DNA from: a virus
Reading direction: 5' to 3' (one strand)
Virus record (IMG/VR): IMGVR_UViG_3300042698_000029
Coordinates: 32,001 to 96,000 of that record
DNA length: 64,000 bases
Below the pieces are notes generated by a model, which saw nothing but the letters and a program-made list of their open reading frames with translations, was not told the origin of the DNA and ran no database searches. The position numbers and the translations under genes are program-made. Shown here one piece after another: positions 38,062-47,533 of this stretch (positions are counted from its first letter, which is position 1; every line of letters begins with the position of its first letter).

Positions 38062-38612
38062 GTCGTGTTCTCCTTCTTCTGCCGTTGCCGGTCCCGGTAC
38101 TTCGCGACAGTCAGATTCCGGGACACCTTGCGCTTCTCTTCCAGCAGCGCTTCGCGCCGGGCCTCTTCCACCCGGATGCCTTCGCGGTACCGGTCGATCC
38201 TTTCCTCCGAGACCCGGATGGCCCGGGAGACCCTGCCCATCTCCAGCGTCCACTTGCGGCGGGCGCCGCCCATGCGGTTGAGGTAGTGCGCTTCCCCCCG
38301 CGATCCGTTCCGCTCCAGTACCGGCGCCACTTCGGGTGCCTCGGGAGGGACGGCATCGGCGTCTTCAACCACCCAGTGCCGGGCGTTGGGGCCGCCGAAG
38401 TTCACGGGTTGTCCGTCGTCGGTTGTTCCGGTCAGGGTGTGCGGGTCGGCCAGCTCGGTTTCCACGATCTTCACGGCCGTGCCCTGTGGGTGGTAGCGGT
38501 GCGCTACCGGGTACAGGGCCCCTTTCGTGCCGGTCACGTAGACCCAGAACGGCGGGGCCAGGCGGGAAAGTGTCCGCCTTACGGGGGAGGCTTCCTCCAC
38601 TGTGTTATCCAT
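38058..38612 (-). CDS. Hypothetical protein with C-terminal coiled coil
   Basis: 4-bp overlap with the downstream gene. Confidence 0.6.
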   Translation of the reverse strand: MDNTVEEASPVRRTLSRLAPPFWVYVTGTKGALYPVAHRYHPQGTAVKIVETELADPHTLTGTTDDGQPVNFGGPNARHWVVEDADAVPPEAPEVAPVLERNGSRGEAHYLNRMGGARRKWTLEMGRVSRAIRVSEERIDRYREGIRVEEARREALLEEKRKVSRNLTVAKYRDRQRQKKENTT

Positions 38613-38665
38613 TCTACGGGTCCCGATAAGAATCTTCAGTCTACGGGAGAGTGATCCCGGACACA

Positions 38666-38700
38666 CCTGAGGCCTCACCTATTTCAGGTGAGGCCTCAGG
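38666..38700. terminator. Inverted repeat / terminator
   Basis: CCTGAGGCCTCACCT-ATTTC-AGGTGAGGCCTCAGG. Confidence 0.7.
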
Positions 38701-38711
38701 GTTTTCGCAGA

Positions 38712-38855
38712 TCAGAGGGAGGGGCTCCAGTCGTACTCGTCGTCGTCAGGGTCGATGAACGCTGACTCCCGCGAGATGCGTCCTATGACCACGTCCTCAG
38801 CGCACAGTTCGTCGCCCAAGTCGTGCTCGTCCGTGAAGGCTTGTGGTGCGATCAT
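38712..38855 (-). CDS. Small acidic protein (47 aa), absent from the ORF track
   Basis: GAGGAG RBS; MIAPQAFTDEHDLGDELCAEDVVIGRISRESAFIDPDDDEYDWSPSL; followed by terminator. Confidence 0.6.
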   Translation of the reverse strand: MIAPQAFTDEHDLGDELCAEDVVIGRISRESAFIDPDDDEYDWSPSL

Positions 38856-38956
38856 GTCTCTCTCCTCGTGCCAGAAGACGGGCCCCCTCGCGCGATGACA
38901 AGGGGGCCCGGAAATGCAGACACTTCGAGGCTATCAGGGGGAGACGATCCGTGACG

Positions 38957-40495
38957 TCACACGGACTGCGGAATCGGACCGGGCTGCGGGGAGTCCGAGG
39001 GCATGGTATGGATCCATTCCAGGCCCTTGTGGTCGAGGTAGGTCTTGGCCCGGGTGACGGCCACGTAGGCCACCATCGCGTCGTCCACCTGGAGCTTCTC
39101 CCCCGCCTCGAAGTCGGGCGCCTTGAAGTCCTCGGCGATGCGGACCCGGGGCCACTCCAGGCCCTTCGTGGAGTGCGCGGTTGCCACCACGCGTTCCACA
39201 GGGGTGTGGCGGGCATCCTTGACGTTCATGAGGATGGCGCCCAGCCGCCGGGCGGAGTACCTGTTCACCAGCTTGACGAAGACCTTCATGTCGCTGCCCT
39301 CGGGCGAGTCGCTGTACTCGACCACCTCGTCCCAGGAGCTGAACCCGGAGAAGTCCTCGTGGTCGGTGTGTCCGTCTTCCTGGAGTTCCTTCGCCGCCCA
39401 CGCCAGGCGCTTGAGCGGGGAGGGGTCCTTGGAGAATCCGACGGTCAGCCCCTGCTCCAGCGCGTCGACCGCCTGCTGGATGCACATGCCGTTGGACCGG
39501 CACAGCACCGCGTCCACGTCGTCCGTGGTGATGCCCACGCGGGAGGTGACGGCCGGGTTGCCCTTGATGCGCAGCTTGGTGCCGGTGTGCTCCAGCCACA
39601 GGTTGGCCTCCTCGGCGATGGCGTCGCCGAAGCGGAAACTCATGGTCAGGAAGAGCTCCTTGCCGGGCCAGTCGTCCATGATGTTCACGGCCCCCTGCCA
39701 GCGGTAGAGGGACTGCGCGGAGTCGCCGACGGCGATCTTCTGGGTGTGCTGGGACAGGATCAGCTGGCGCACCGCGCGGGTGGAGTCCTGGGCCTCGTCC
39801 AGCATGACCACGTCGTAGGGCAGGGTGGGCTTCGACATCAGCCAGAGCTTGAAGTAGTAGTCGTCGGCAAACCACAGGTCGGACTTGGGCCGGATGGTCT
39901 CCAGCCAGAACCGGCCCGCGTACGTGGCGACCTTGGAAGACAGGTCTCGCTGGGCCGCCCGGGACAAGCCCTTCTGGTAGGGGACGTGCTCCGGCAGGAT
40001 CATCTCGGCGTCCGAGGAGCAGAAGACGCTGACGGTTTCCAGGGCCAGGGAGGCTAGCTTGGCGGGCTTGAATACGTGCGGCTCCAGGAGGCCCGGGTAC
40101 TCCTCGCTCTTGATGATCTTCAGCCGCCGTGCCAGCGCTGAGGAAGTCATGCGCCCCTTGCGGTTGCGGTCGCGGTACTTCCAGCCGATGGCGCCGTAGG
40201 CGAGGCTGTGGCGGGTGCGGCAGTGCATGTTCTTCGGGGACTTCTTCTCCGCATCTTCCCGGGCCGCCGTGTTGTACACCACGTAGAGGAAGCTCTTGCC
40301 TGCCAGGTCCAGGGCGATCTCGCGCAGAGTCGAAGACTTCCCAGACCCCGCGCCCGCCTGGATGATCAGGTCGTCGCCGGTACGGGCCGCCTCCCGGATC
40401 CTCACCTGTTCGGGGGTCAGGCGCAGCTCGCTCTTGGGCTTGATCCGCTGCGGGGTCAGGGTCTTCGCGGGAACCCGTCGGGTGGCCATCGTCAT
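38957..40495 (-). CDS. UvrD/REP-family SF1 helicase
   Basis: AGAGSGKS, LDEAQD, VGDSAQSLY, SFRFG, TAHSTKGLEW, YVAVTRAK. Confidence 0.92.
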   Translation of the reverse strand: MTMATRRVPAKTLTPQRIKPKSELRLTPEQVRIREAARTGDDLIIQAGAGSGKSSTLREIALDLAGKSFLYVVYNTAAREDAEKKSPKNMHCRTRHSLAYGAIGWKYRDRNRKGRMTSSALARRLKIIKSEEYPGLLEPHVFKPAKLASLALETVSVFCSSDAEMILPEHVPYQKGLSRAAQRDLSSKVATYAGRFWLETIRPKSDLWFADDYYFKLWLMSKPTLPYDVVMLDEAQDSTRAVRQLILSQHTQKIAVGDSAQSLYRWQGAVNIMDDWPGKELFLTMSFRFGDAIAEEANLWLEHTGTKLRIKGNPAVTSRVGITTDDVDAVLCRSNGMCIQQAVDALEQGLTVGFSKDPSPLKRLAWAAKELQEDGHTDHEDFSGFSSWDEVVEYSDSPEGSDMKVFVKLVNRYSARRLGAILMNVKDARHTPVERVVATAHSTKGLEWPRVRIAEDFKAPDFEAGEKLQVDDAMVAYVAVTRAKTYLDHKGLEWIHTMPSDSPQPGPIPQSV

Positions 40496-40541
40496 GTCGT
40501 GTCTCCTTCGCAGGGCTGCGTCCTGTGCCGGACGCGGCCGG

Positions 40542-40778
40542 TCAGTTCTTGCGGTTCAGTCGCTCCCGGCGCAGCTTCCGCCGCGCAGCGGCCTTCCGCC
40601 TGATCTCCTGCGCGTCGGCCGGGAAGGCCAGCTCGGGGCTGGCGTCCGCCTTGAAGGCTTCGTGTGAGGCGTTCAACCCGAAGATCTCCGCCCGCAGAGC
40701 GATCAGCCATGCTTCCCGGGCCGGATCTCCCTCGGCCGGGGGCAGGGCTTGCGTGTCGATGGTCAGCGTCTCGGTCAT
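40542..40778 (-). CDS. Small hypothetical protein
   Basis: GAGGAG RBS. Confidence 0.55.
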   Translation of the reverse strand: MTETLTIDTQALPPAEGDPAREAWLIALRAEIFGLNASHEAFKADASPELAFPADAQEIRRKAAARRKLRRERLNRKN

Positions 40779-41020
40779 CTCGGGCTCCTCGGGTATCAGC
40801 CGGGACGCCGCGCTCGGTTGGCGGGTCGCTTCGGCTTGGCGAATGAAGGTATGGACATGGGAAACTCCCAGGTTCTTGGTGGGTTTTCCGTTCCTTCCGC
40901 CTTCGAGACTACCCGCGAAAGCCCAGGTGGCAGAGGGTCGAGAGCCGTGATGACCGTCACACCGGAACAGCCTGTCAAACAGAGGGCAGCCCCGCCAGCG
41001 GTTCTCTGGCGGGGCTGCTT

Positions 41021-41290
41021 TCAGGCCGGGTAAGCGGGGTCGGGGTCCGCCTCCCGCAGGACACGGCGGGTCTGAGTGGCCAGCAGGAGGCCGTTACGCC
41101 CCATCCCCGGGATGTTCCGGAGGTCGGCGTACGCCGCCTTCTTCAGCTCCTCCGGCGTAGTGACCCCGTTGTCGACCAGGAGCCTGGCCGTGTGGGGTGC
41201 CCCCGGATGCCCGTCGAAGAGGTTCCTCATGGCCTGGTACAGGGGGTCGTGACGCCGTCGGCGTCTGCTCCAGTCACGGGACGTCGGCAC
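41021..41290 (-). CDS. Helix-hairpin-helix protein (RNA polymerase alpha-CTD-like)
   Basis: LVDNGVTTPEEL...DLRNIPGMG. Confidence 0.6.
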   Translation of the reverse strand: MPTSRDWSRRRRRHDPLYQAMRNLFDGHPGAPHTARLLVDNGVTTPEELKKAAYADLRNIPGMGRNGLLLATQTRRVLREADPDPAYPA

Positions 41291-41528
41291 GGTGCTCCTC
41301 CTTCCGGGGCCTGCCGGGCTTGCGGGTCCAGACCGTTTGGAACGCGCGCACTTCGTCGGCCAGGAACACCGATCCCATGCGGAGACGACGGGAGTTCGGT
41401 ACGTACTGCTGCCACAGGGCCGTCTTGCGGAGCAGCTGCACCCTCTGCTTGCAGACGCCCAGGAGCTCTGCGACTTCGATGTTCCCCATCAGCTCGGGGA
41501 TTGCGGACTTCGGTTCAGCATCATCCAC
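41274..41528 (-). CDS. HTH DNA-binding protein (AlpA/excisionase-like)
   Basis: PELMGNIEVAELLGVCKQRVQ...RKPGRPRK. Confidence 0.7.
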   Translation of the reverse strand: MDDAEPKSAIPELMGNIEVAELLGVCKQRVQLLRKTALWQQYVPNSRRLRMGSVFLADEVRAFQTVWTRKPGRPRKEEHRADVP

Positions 41529-41707
41529 AGCGCAACCTTTCCAGCGGGTATCCCGGTCTTCCGGGATATGGACAACGGGGTGTCCCCGTCATTCATGGCC
41601 TTCTCGACCGCACGCCGGGCCGCATCCTTGATCTCGCCCTTGCGGCCGGACAGTTCGCGAAGAGTGACCCAGTCCAGGGTCTCCTCGGCCAGCTCCTTGT
41701 CGGTCAC
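41489..41707 (-). CDS. Small HTH-like protein
   Basis: PLSISRKTGIPAGKV; GGAG RBS. Confidence 0.5.
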   Translation of the reverse strand: MTDKELAEETLDWVTLRELSGRKGEIKDAARRAVEKAMNDGDTPLSISRKTGIPAGKVALWMMLNRSPQSPS

Positions 41708-41946
41708 AGCAGATCTCCCTGTTCGTTGATGACGCCGAGTTCGATGGCGACCAGAACGGTCCGCAGATCCTTCATGGGGAACGGGCCGCCGCTCGGGGAG
41801 CTGTCGAAGGGCCACGCCGGGAGGCCCCAGTCACAGCCGTTGCCCAGGTCGTGGCAAAAGAAGTTCCCGTTGTAATCGATGTGGCTCCCGCACTTGGGGC
41901 ATTTGGACTCCTGGCACCTGCCGACCGGGCAACTCGTCCGCTTCAT
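41704..41946 (-). CDS. Small Cys-rich Zn-ribbon protein
   Basis: CPKCG..YNGNFFC...CDW. Confidence 0.6.
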   Translation of the reverse strand: MKRTSCPVGRCQESKCPKCGSHIDYNGNFFCHDLGNGCDWGLPAWPFDSSPSGGPFPMKDLRTVLVAIELGVINEQGDLL

Positions 41947-42722
41947 GACGACCTCCGCACGGAGCAGGGGACGTCGAACCAGCTGGCACCCGGCATCTTC
42001 TCGGGTCCCACGTCGGTCCGGGTGAATCGGGCGTTCTCATGGAAGTCAACCTCGAAGCAGTCCGTCAGCCACTTCCAGTACGCCGGGTACCGGTCGGGCC
42101 ACAGCCAGTTCAGGGTCCCCCACAGACCCTCCGGGTGGGACCCAGGAGCGTTCTCGGAAAGAGCCAGCTTGTTGCGCGCCTTGATGCTCTTCAGCACCTT
42201 GCGCTGAAGGGTGTTGCGGAAGGCCACGTGCTGGGTGTCCTGGGCGATGAGAAGGTCCCAGACGCCGGTGTTGGGCCACGGCGGCACGGTTCCCCGACTC
42301 ATCGCCATCCGGGCATCCTGGGCCGACAGCTTCATGCCCGGCCTCTTGTCCTTGGCCGGGATCCGGCCGCGCATCGACTCCCAGCTGATGACCCAGATGC
42401 CGGGTCCCCGGCCCTTGAGAAGGGACTCGTTCCACTCCGGCGGATCCGCCTTGTGCGAGCCGAGGATCCTGACGGGGAGGTCCACCCCTGCGGGGCTCTG
42501 GTGCTCGCGGTACCTCGGGCTGCCCCACCAGCCGTGGTCGGAGCGGGGCGCGACCACCAGGACCCGGAAGTTCTCCGGGTTTTCCGACTGGAGCATCACG
42601 CTGTGGATCCGTTCGGACCCGATCAGCATGCGCTCGTGGAAGGAGGGGTCCTCGAAGATGCCGGAGGTGTCGCAGCCCAGGGTGGCGAGAGCTTCTCGCT
42701 GAGCTGGCGTGAGGGTGCTCAT
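41943..42722 (-). CDS. Truncated, degenerate SNF2-like helicase N-terminal lobe
   Basis: ISWESMR, WDLLIAQDTQH (for DEAH), KLALSENAP (for LSGTP), LWGTLNWLWPD; no C-terminal lobe. Confidence 0.65.
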   Translation of the reverse strand: MSTLTPAQREALATLGCDTSGIFEDPSFHERMLIGSERIHSVMLQSENPENFRVLVVAPRSDHGWWGSPRYREHQSPAGVDLPVRILGSHKADPPEWNESLLKGRGPGIWVISWESMRGRIPAKDKRPGMKLSAQDARMAMSRGTVPPWPNTGVWDLLIAQDTQHVAFRNTLQRKVLKSIKARNKLALSENAPGSHPEGLWGTLNWLWPDRYPAYWKWLTDCFEVDFHENARFTRTDVGPEKMPGASWFDVPCSVRRSS

Positions 42723-42736
42723 GGTCTGGATCTCCT

Positions 42737-42949
42737 TCAGAAGTTCAGGTTTACGATCATGTCGGGGACGTACTTCACGTATGCGGCCTTGGTGCGCCAC
42801 ACCGCCTTGCAGGCCCTGCACCGGAGGCTGGAGTAGGCAGACGGGGTACGGCGCCCTCCGTTGAATGCGGAGTAGTTGGCGTTGCGGACCAAGACCTCCC
42901 AGGACGACCGGTGTCCTCGTACGCCACAGGCAGTTCCGCCGGACATCAC
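42737..42949 (-). CDS. Small Zn-finger phage protein
   Basis: NYSAFNG..TPSAYS.LRCRACKAVWRTKAAYV. Confidence 0.6.
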   Translation of the reverse strand: MMSGGTACGVRGHRSSWEVLVRNANYSAFNGGRRTPSAYSSLRCRACKAVWRTKAAYVKYVPDMIVNLNF

Positions 42950-43455
42950 ATGACCTCGTCGGTGAGGCGGGAGATGTGGTCACAGGTGGTCCGGTGGGCG
43001 TTGACGGACGTGTTGCAGACCGCCACGGGTACGGCCGCCGCGCGCAGGAGGTCCATGCGCTCCATCGGGATTTCTGTGAAGCCGTCGCCCCCGCTGCGGA
43101 TAACTCGGTGGAGCATCGGGTGCATCCAGGTGTGGTACTCGTCGCGAGCGTTCTTCACCAGGGAGTACACGACGCCTGCGTGGCTGTGGAACGACCTGAT
43201 GAAGCGGGGTCGCGGGAGCCAGAGGAATCCGTGCTCGCGGGACTCGCGGAGGAATACTCCGCAGTCAGGGGCCTTCTCGTCGTACTTGGGCTTCCAGAGG
43301 TCGTCCATCCACCCGCTGACCTCGTCCTTCAGGTAGTCCCTGAGATCGGTGGAGCGGATATGGTCGATGCCACCGAACAGAGCGTAGCCGTCAAACGTCT
43401 CGAAGTGGATGGCTACGTGCTCGTTGCTGTTGAGGGTCGGGCGGATGTTGCTCAC
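42946..43455 (-). CDS. Hypothetical protein
   Basis: AGGAG RBS; 4-bp overlaps. Confidence 0.6.
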   Translation of the reverse strand: MSNIRPTLNSNEHVAIHFETFDGYALFGGIDHIRSTDLRDYLKDEVSGWMDDLWKPKYDEKAPDCGVFLRESREHGFLWLPRPRFIRSFHSHAGVVYSLVKNARDEYHTWMHPMLHRVIRSGGDGFTEIPMERMDLLRAAAVPVAVCNTSVNAHRTTCDHISRLTDEVM

Positions 43456-43745
43456 TTCTTCTCCTTCAGGACGAGCCAGTGGGTGCAGTCGCAGGTGCCC
43501 CGGCAGGAGCAGGTCTCCTTTTCCGGCGTGATAGTGACCGGCATGGACTCGTCCATGACCACGGTCTCCATGAGGTCAGGGGGGAGGCTCTTGTTGCAGA
43601 CCTCGTGAGTCAGGAGAACGTAGCCCTCCTCCACGGTCAGACGCCACTTGCCCTCGGTGGGGTCGCAGATGCAGTGGTCCGGCTCCGGGAATTCCACGGT
43701 CTTCGTCATGGAGTCGGGCAGGAACAGGTGCGGAAAGCCGCTCAT
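43452..43745 (-). CDS. Cys/His-rich hypothetical protein
   Basis: GGAG RBS; CSCRGTCDC. Confidence 0.6.
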   Translation of the reverse strand: MSGFPHLFLPDSMTKTVEFPEPDHCICDPTEGKWRLTVEEGYVLLTHEVCNKSLPPDLMETVVMDESMPVTITPEKETCSCRGTCDCTHWLVLKEKK

Positions 43746-43885
43746 GGCTTCTCCTCGGATCGAGCTGTGTTGTTACAAGAAGAAGCCTGTCAGGGCAGGT
43801 GCCTGGATGCCAGGTCGGAAGGGTGTGAGTCCGCTCACGGCGCGGCCCCGAAACCCCCGGGGCGCTTCGTCGTAGCCTGCCGCCT

Positions 43886-44218
43886 ATGCCCAAAACCGTC
43901 CGGATTCCCCGTCCCGTCCTCGCGGTCTGCCCGACGACGGTCACCTTCTCCGTGCTCACGGAGTCCGACCTCAGGGCCGCGTCGGCGGTCCTGGGCATCC
44001 CTGCTCGAAAACTCCGCAGGAGCGTCTGTGAGGCCCTCAAAGGGCACGGGGAGTCCCTGGAGACCACCAGGGAGGTGTACGACCGCTGGAGGGCCCGTGT
44101 GGGCTCTCTGCGGGTGTTCTACGTCGTGCACTCCGCCGACCACGTAATCGTGACGGAGATCCTCGTCCGGCCTCCGGGGAAGTCCGGGTGGGTGCACGCC
44201 GAGCTCCTCACGGGCTGA
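43886..44218 (+). CDS. Hypothetical protein
   Basis: Plausible composition; convergent with the GNAT gene. Confidence 0.45.
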   Translation: MPKTVRIPRPVLAVCPTTVTFSVLTESDLRAASAVLGIPARKLRRSVCEALKGHGESLETTREVYDRWRARVGSLRVFYVVHSADHVIVTEILVRPPGKSGWVHAELLTG

Positions 44219-44795
44219 GTCCCCCCTCCTGGAGCCTGCGGGCCTTGTACTCCTCCAGGCTCCAGGAGACGTCGTTGACCTTCTTCAGCGCCTTCATCAG
44301 GCAGGGGCGGCATGCGGTGCGGTGCACGCATTCCTGCCGCATGAGGTCCATCGCCGCTTCCAGGTCGCGGCGTACAGCCGCCGCCTTCTCGGGTGACTCC
44401 TCACAGACGCGGACTCCGATACGGGCGGCCACCTTCTGGAGGGCGGGGTGCACCGGGGCCCGCAGCGCCACGGGGAACGGAGTCTCGCGCTGAAGGGAGA
44501 GCAGGGCCGGTTCGGCGTACCCCCGGCCCCGGAACTTGGGGGCGATCCACATGGTGTCGACCTGGACCTCGGTGGGCCGGTCGTCGTTGACGCTGGCCGC
44601 CAGGGAAAGTGCTCCGATCCGTCGGTCTCCCCGGCAGATGACGTTGACCATCGCCTGGGTGAGCAGCAGGCCGCCCCGGGGGATCTCCCCCGTCTCGTCA
44701 AGCGCATCTGCGAGGTATGCGTAGTTTGCGTCTTTCAGGAAGGTTTTGTCCGCTACGTAGTCGGGGGTGCGGACCGTGATCTCGGTGTGGGTCAT
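44208..44795 (-). CDS. GNAT-family acetyltransferase-like protein
   Basis: VDTMWIAPKFRGRGYA acetyl-CoA binding motif. Confidence 0.7.
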   Translation of the reverse strand: MTHTEITVRTPDYVADKTFLKDANYAYLADALDETGEIPRGGLLLTQAMVNVICRGDRRIGALSLAASVNDDRPTEVQVDTMWIAPKFRGRGYAEPALLSLQRETPFPVALRAPVHPALQKVAARIGVRVCEESPEKAAAVRRDLEAAMDLMRQECVHRTACRPCLMKALKKVNDVSWSLEEYKARRLQEGGLSP

Positions 44796-44873
44796 GCGCC
44801 CAGCTTCGGTCCGCCGGGCCGGGGGCGCAACGAGATGTGCATCACGTCCGGAGGGCTTCTGTTCGGTTCCTGA

Positions 44874-45070
44874 GGGGGTGTCGACTCACAGTCGACAGTC
44901 GACACCCCCCAGTCCCCGTCTGAGGGGACGTATATATATAAAACAAAACAAAACGGACATTTTGGTTTACATGTATAACGCGGGAGATGTCCTAGTTTGG
45001 GTAGGCAAATTTTCTTGATCGTTTCCTCGGGAGGACTAGGGGGTGTCGACTGTCGACTCACAGTCGACAG
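44874..45070. repeat. Putative replication origin: GTCGAC iterons in inverted arms flanking an AT-rich core
   Basis: GTCGAC at 44880, 44891, 44898, 45045, 45052, 45063; core TATATATATAAAACAAAACAAAAC; next to a Rep-like gene. Confidence 0.75.
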
Positions 45071-45133
45071 GCCCTGGAAATCGAACAAAAAGAGAAGCCC
45101 CCAGGTCTCCCCGGGGGCTTCGGTCGTACAGGG

Positions 45134-46540
45134 TCAGGCGATGAGGCTCTCGCCCTCCACCATCCAGGCCAACGTGTTGTTGTCGACAGCCTGCCAGGCG
45201 GCCTTGAGGACGATGTCGGCGTACGAGATCTTCTTCTGGTTCAGGGTCTGCCGCAGCGAGGTACTCAGGCTCCGCTGGATGTCCCGGAGGGTCACCGGGT
45301 CCGGCCGGTTCTTGGTCACCTTGTTGCACACCGCCTGAACCGTGCGTTCCAGCAGCTCGTCCCGGCCCAGGTCGACCGTCTCCTTGGCCAGGTACTTCAG
45401 GTGGTGGACGGCCGACATCTTCCGCAGGCTCTCACGGCTGCGAGCCGCCTCCCTCTCCGCCTCCTCCCGGCCGCAGCGGGCCGCCACGTACTTGCGGGAC
45501 AGGACATTGAGGTCCCACCACGCCCACGCACGGGCCGCGTCCTCCTCGGTGATCTCATCGTGACCGAGGAGCAGGGAGAAGCCGAGGGCCAGCTTGTGGA
45601 CCACGACCGGCTTGTGTGCTTCGAGGGGGTCGTCACCTTCGAGGCCGAGCTTGCGGCGCTTACGCTCGTGAGCCAAAGCCCTCAGGAAGCCCTCAGGAGC
45701 GCCGATCTGGTCCGGGGCGCGGTCCGCCACCCGCCGGAGCCTGTTACGCAGCCTGTGAGCCTCCTGGGGGGCTTCAGGGTCCTCATTCTCCAGCCAGGCC
45801 GGGGGCACCGCGAGAGAGGTGAGCATGCGCTGGGCCAGGCCGATCTCGGAGCCCATCTCCAGGATCTCGAAGGCGACGCGGTACTGGGATCCGAAGAACG
45901 CCGAGAGCGCGTAGCCACCGCCCGCCAGGTAGCGGTTCAGCTTGGTGTCGGCATTGGTCTCGCCCATGGTCTCGGACATGAACCCCTTGCACAGGGCGGT
46001 GTCGAGGACCGAGTCGGCCTTGCCCTTGACCATGGCGAGCAGCACCTTGCCCTCGGTGGTCACGGCGAAGCCCCGGTCGCGGACCTGTACGAGCGCGTCG
46101 GACGGCCCGTGGCCCATGATGTCGTCCTCGTCTTCCTCTTCCATCCCCAGGTAGGAGCCGGTGAGGCCCTGGCCGGTCGACGGGAGGATGAGGTGGGCGG
46201 GACCCTTAGCGGGGTTGGTCAGCTCCTCCCACCCGAGGAGGTGATCGGCATCGCTGAGCAGGGATGACTTGCCGACGCCAGAGGGGCCGGTGCACTGGAC
46301 GAAGAGGCCCGGTGGGGTTCCCCGGGAGGAGGCCAGGGAGGCGCCGACCACCTTGGGGGAGCAGAGGGCGTGAAAGATCGTCAGGCAGGTGGTGAGAAGT
46401 GCTTCGGGGGAAGACGCCTGACTCAGGGCAAAGTCTCGGATGTAGGTCAGATCGGCATCGGACTCCCAGAAGGAGGCGTCGATTCCGATGTACCCGTTGA
46501 TCTCTGAGGCGAAGGTCCATGAGTGCGGCGAAGCGGTCAT
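45134..46540 (-). CDS. Rep-like P-loop ATPase/helicase
   Basis: FWES...LTYIRDFA, GPSGVGKSS, PSTGQGL, GLAQR. Confidence 0.7.
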   Translation of the reverse strand: MTASPHSWTFASEINGYIGIDASFWESDADLTYIRDFALSQASSPEALLTTCLTIFHALCSPKVVGASLASSRGTPPGLFVQCTGPSGVGKSSLLSDADHLLGWEELTNPAKGPAHLILPSTGQGLTGSYLGMEEEDEDDIMGHGPSDALVQVRDRGFAVTTEGKVLLAMVKGKADSVLDTALCKGFMSETMGETNADTKLNRYLAGGGYALSAFFGSQYRVAFEILEMGSEIGLAQRMLTSLAVPPAWLENEDPEAPQEAHRLRNRLRRVADRAPDQIGAPEGFLRALAHERKRRKLGLEGDDPLEAHKPVVVHKLALGFSLLLGHDEITEEDAARAWAWWDLNVLSRKYVAARCGREEAEREAARSRESLRKMSAVHHLKYLAKETVDLGRDELLERTVQAVCNKVTKNRPDPVTLRDIQRSLSTSLRQTLNQKKISYADIVLKAAWQAVDNNTLAWMVEGESLIA

Positions 46541-46824
46541 AGCAGACCTTTCCGCTCACGGCGTGCCATACCGGGGAACGGGTTTTTTCCTAGACCCGTT
46601 TAGGGTACGGTGAAGCCAGAGCTTGAAAACGAACTGCGTTCTCCGCCAAAAGATGCGCAGTTCAACTGGGACCCCCGGTCAACTGATCGGGGGTTTTCTC
46701 TTGTTCCCCAGAGTCTACTCGCGCGCGGGTCACCGGCTGCTGTGACACAGGCCACAGCCTGTCTTGACAGACAGGAACTATCTGGACATGTGTACTCACA
46801 ACGGACCGTGGTGATAATGGGGCC

Positions 46825-47208
46825 ATGGGCATCGTTTACCACGGCGTAGTTTCCGGCGTCCGTAACAAGATCGGACCCAGCGGCCTGATAATGACCCACT
46901 TCAACCTCAAGAGCCCCGACGGAACGATCCGTCACGTCATCGCCATGCGAGAGGGGCGCCGTCCCTGCCGGGGGGCCGAAGTCGTCCGGGACGGCATAAG
47001 GGCCGAGATCAGCGGCGAGTGGGCCGTCGGGAACAAGGGCCGCAACACCAATCCCGCGTTCTTCGCCCACCGGGTGGTCCTCATGAAGGCCGCCCTCATC
47101 GAGCCGGATTCTTCTCTTGGACCCATTCCAGGTACAGACGACGTATCGCCTGCTCCGCCCGTGGAGGACATGTGGTGGGACTGGGATACGATCAAGGACG
47201 CCTCCTGA
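46825..47208 (+). CDS. OB-fold / SSB-like protein
   Basis: Beta pattern YHGVV..THFNL..AEISGEW..FFAHRV with acidic/aromatic tail. Confidence 0.5.
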   Translation: MGIVYHGVVSGVRNKIGPSGLIMTHFNLKSPDGTIRHVIAMREGRRPCRGAEVVRDGIRAEISGEWAVGNKGRNTNPAFFAHRVVLMKAALIEPDSSLGPIPGTDDVSPAPPVEDMWWDWDTIKDAS

Positions 47209-47281
47209 TGAAACTCCTTCCGTCGGACGGCAAGAAGCCCCCGGTGACCTGCACCCCCGGGGGCTTCCCTCTGCTCAACGG

Positions 47282-47533
47282 CTAGATCAGGTCGATCGTC
47301 TCCTGCACGTGAGCCAGGGTCTCTTCCAGCGTCTCGTCCGGAATCGGGTGCCCGTACCACTCGATCAGCTCCGCCCGGCTCACCACCCTCTCGTCGGGAT
47401 TGACCTGCGTCGAGGTCCAGATCTCCAGACGCATGTTCTCCCGTTCCAGATAGAGGACCGGGTCGACGTGGAAGTCGTCGTCCAGCAGCTCGCGGAGGAG
47501 GGCCACCGTCACCCGGGGCCGGTCGCCGCTCAC
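47282..47533 (-). CDS. Small acidic hypothetical protein
   Basis: GTG start overlapping the upstream stop. Confidence 0.55.
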   Translation of the reverse strand: MSGDRPRVTVALLRELLDDDFHVDPVLYLERENMRLEIWTSTQVNPDERVVSRAELIEWYGHPIPDETLEETLAHVQETIDLI

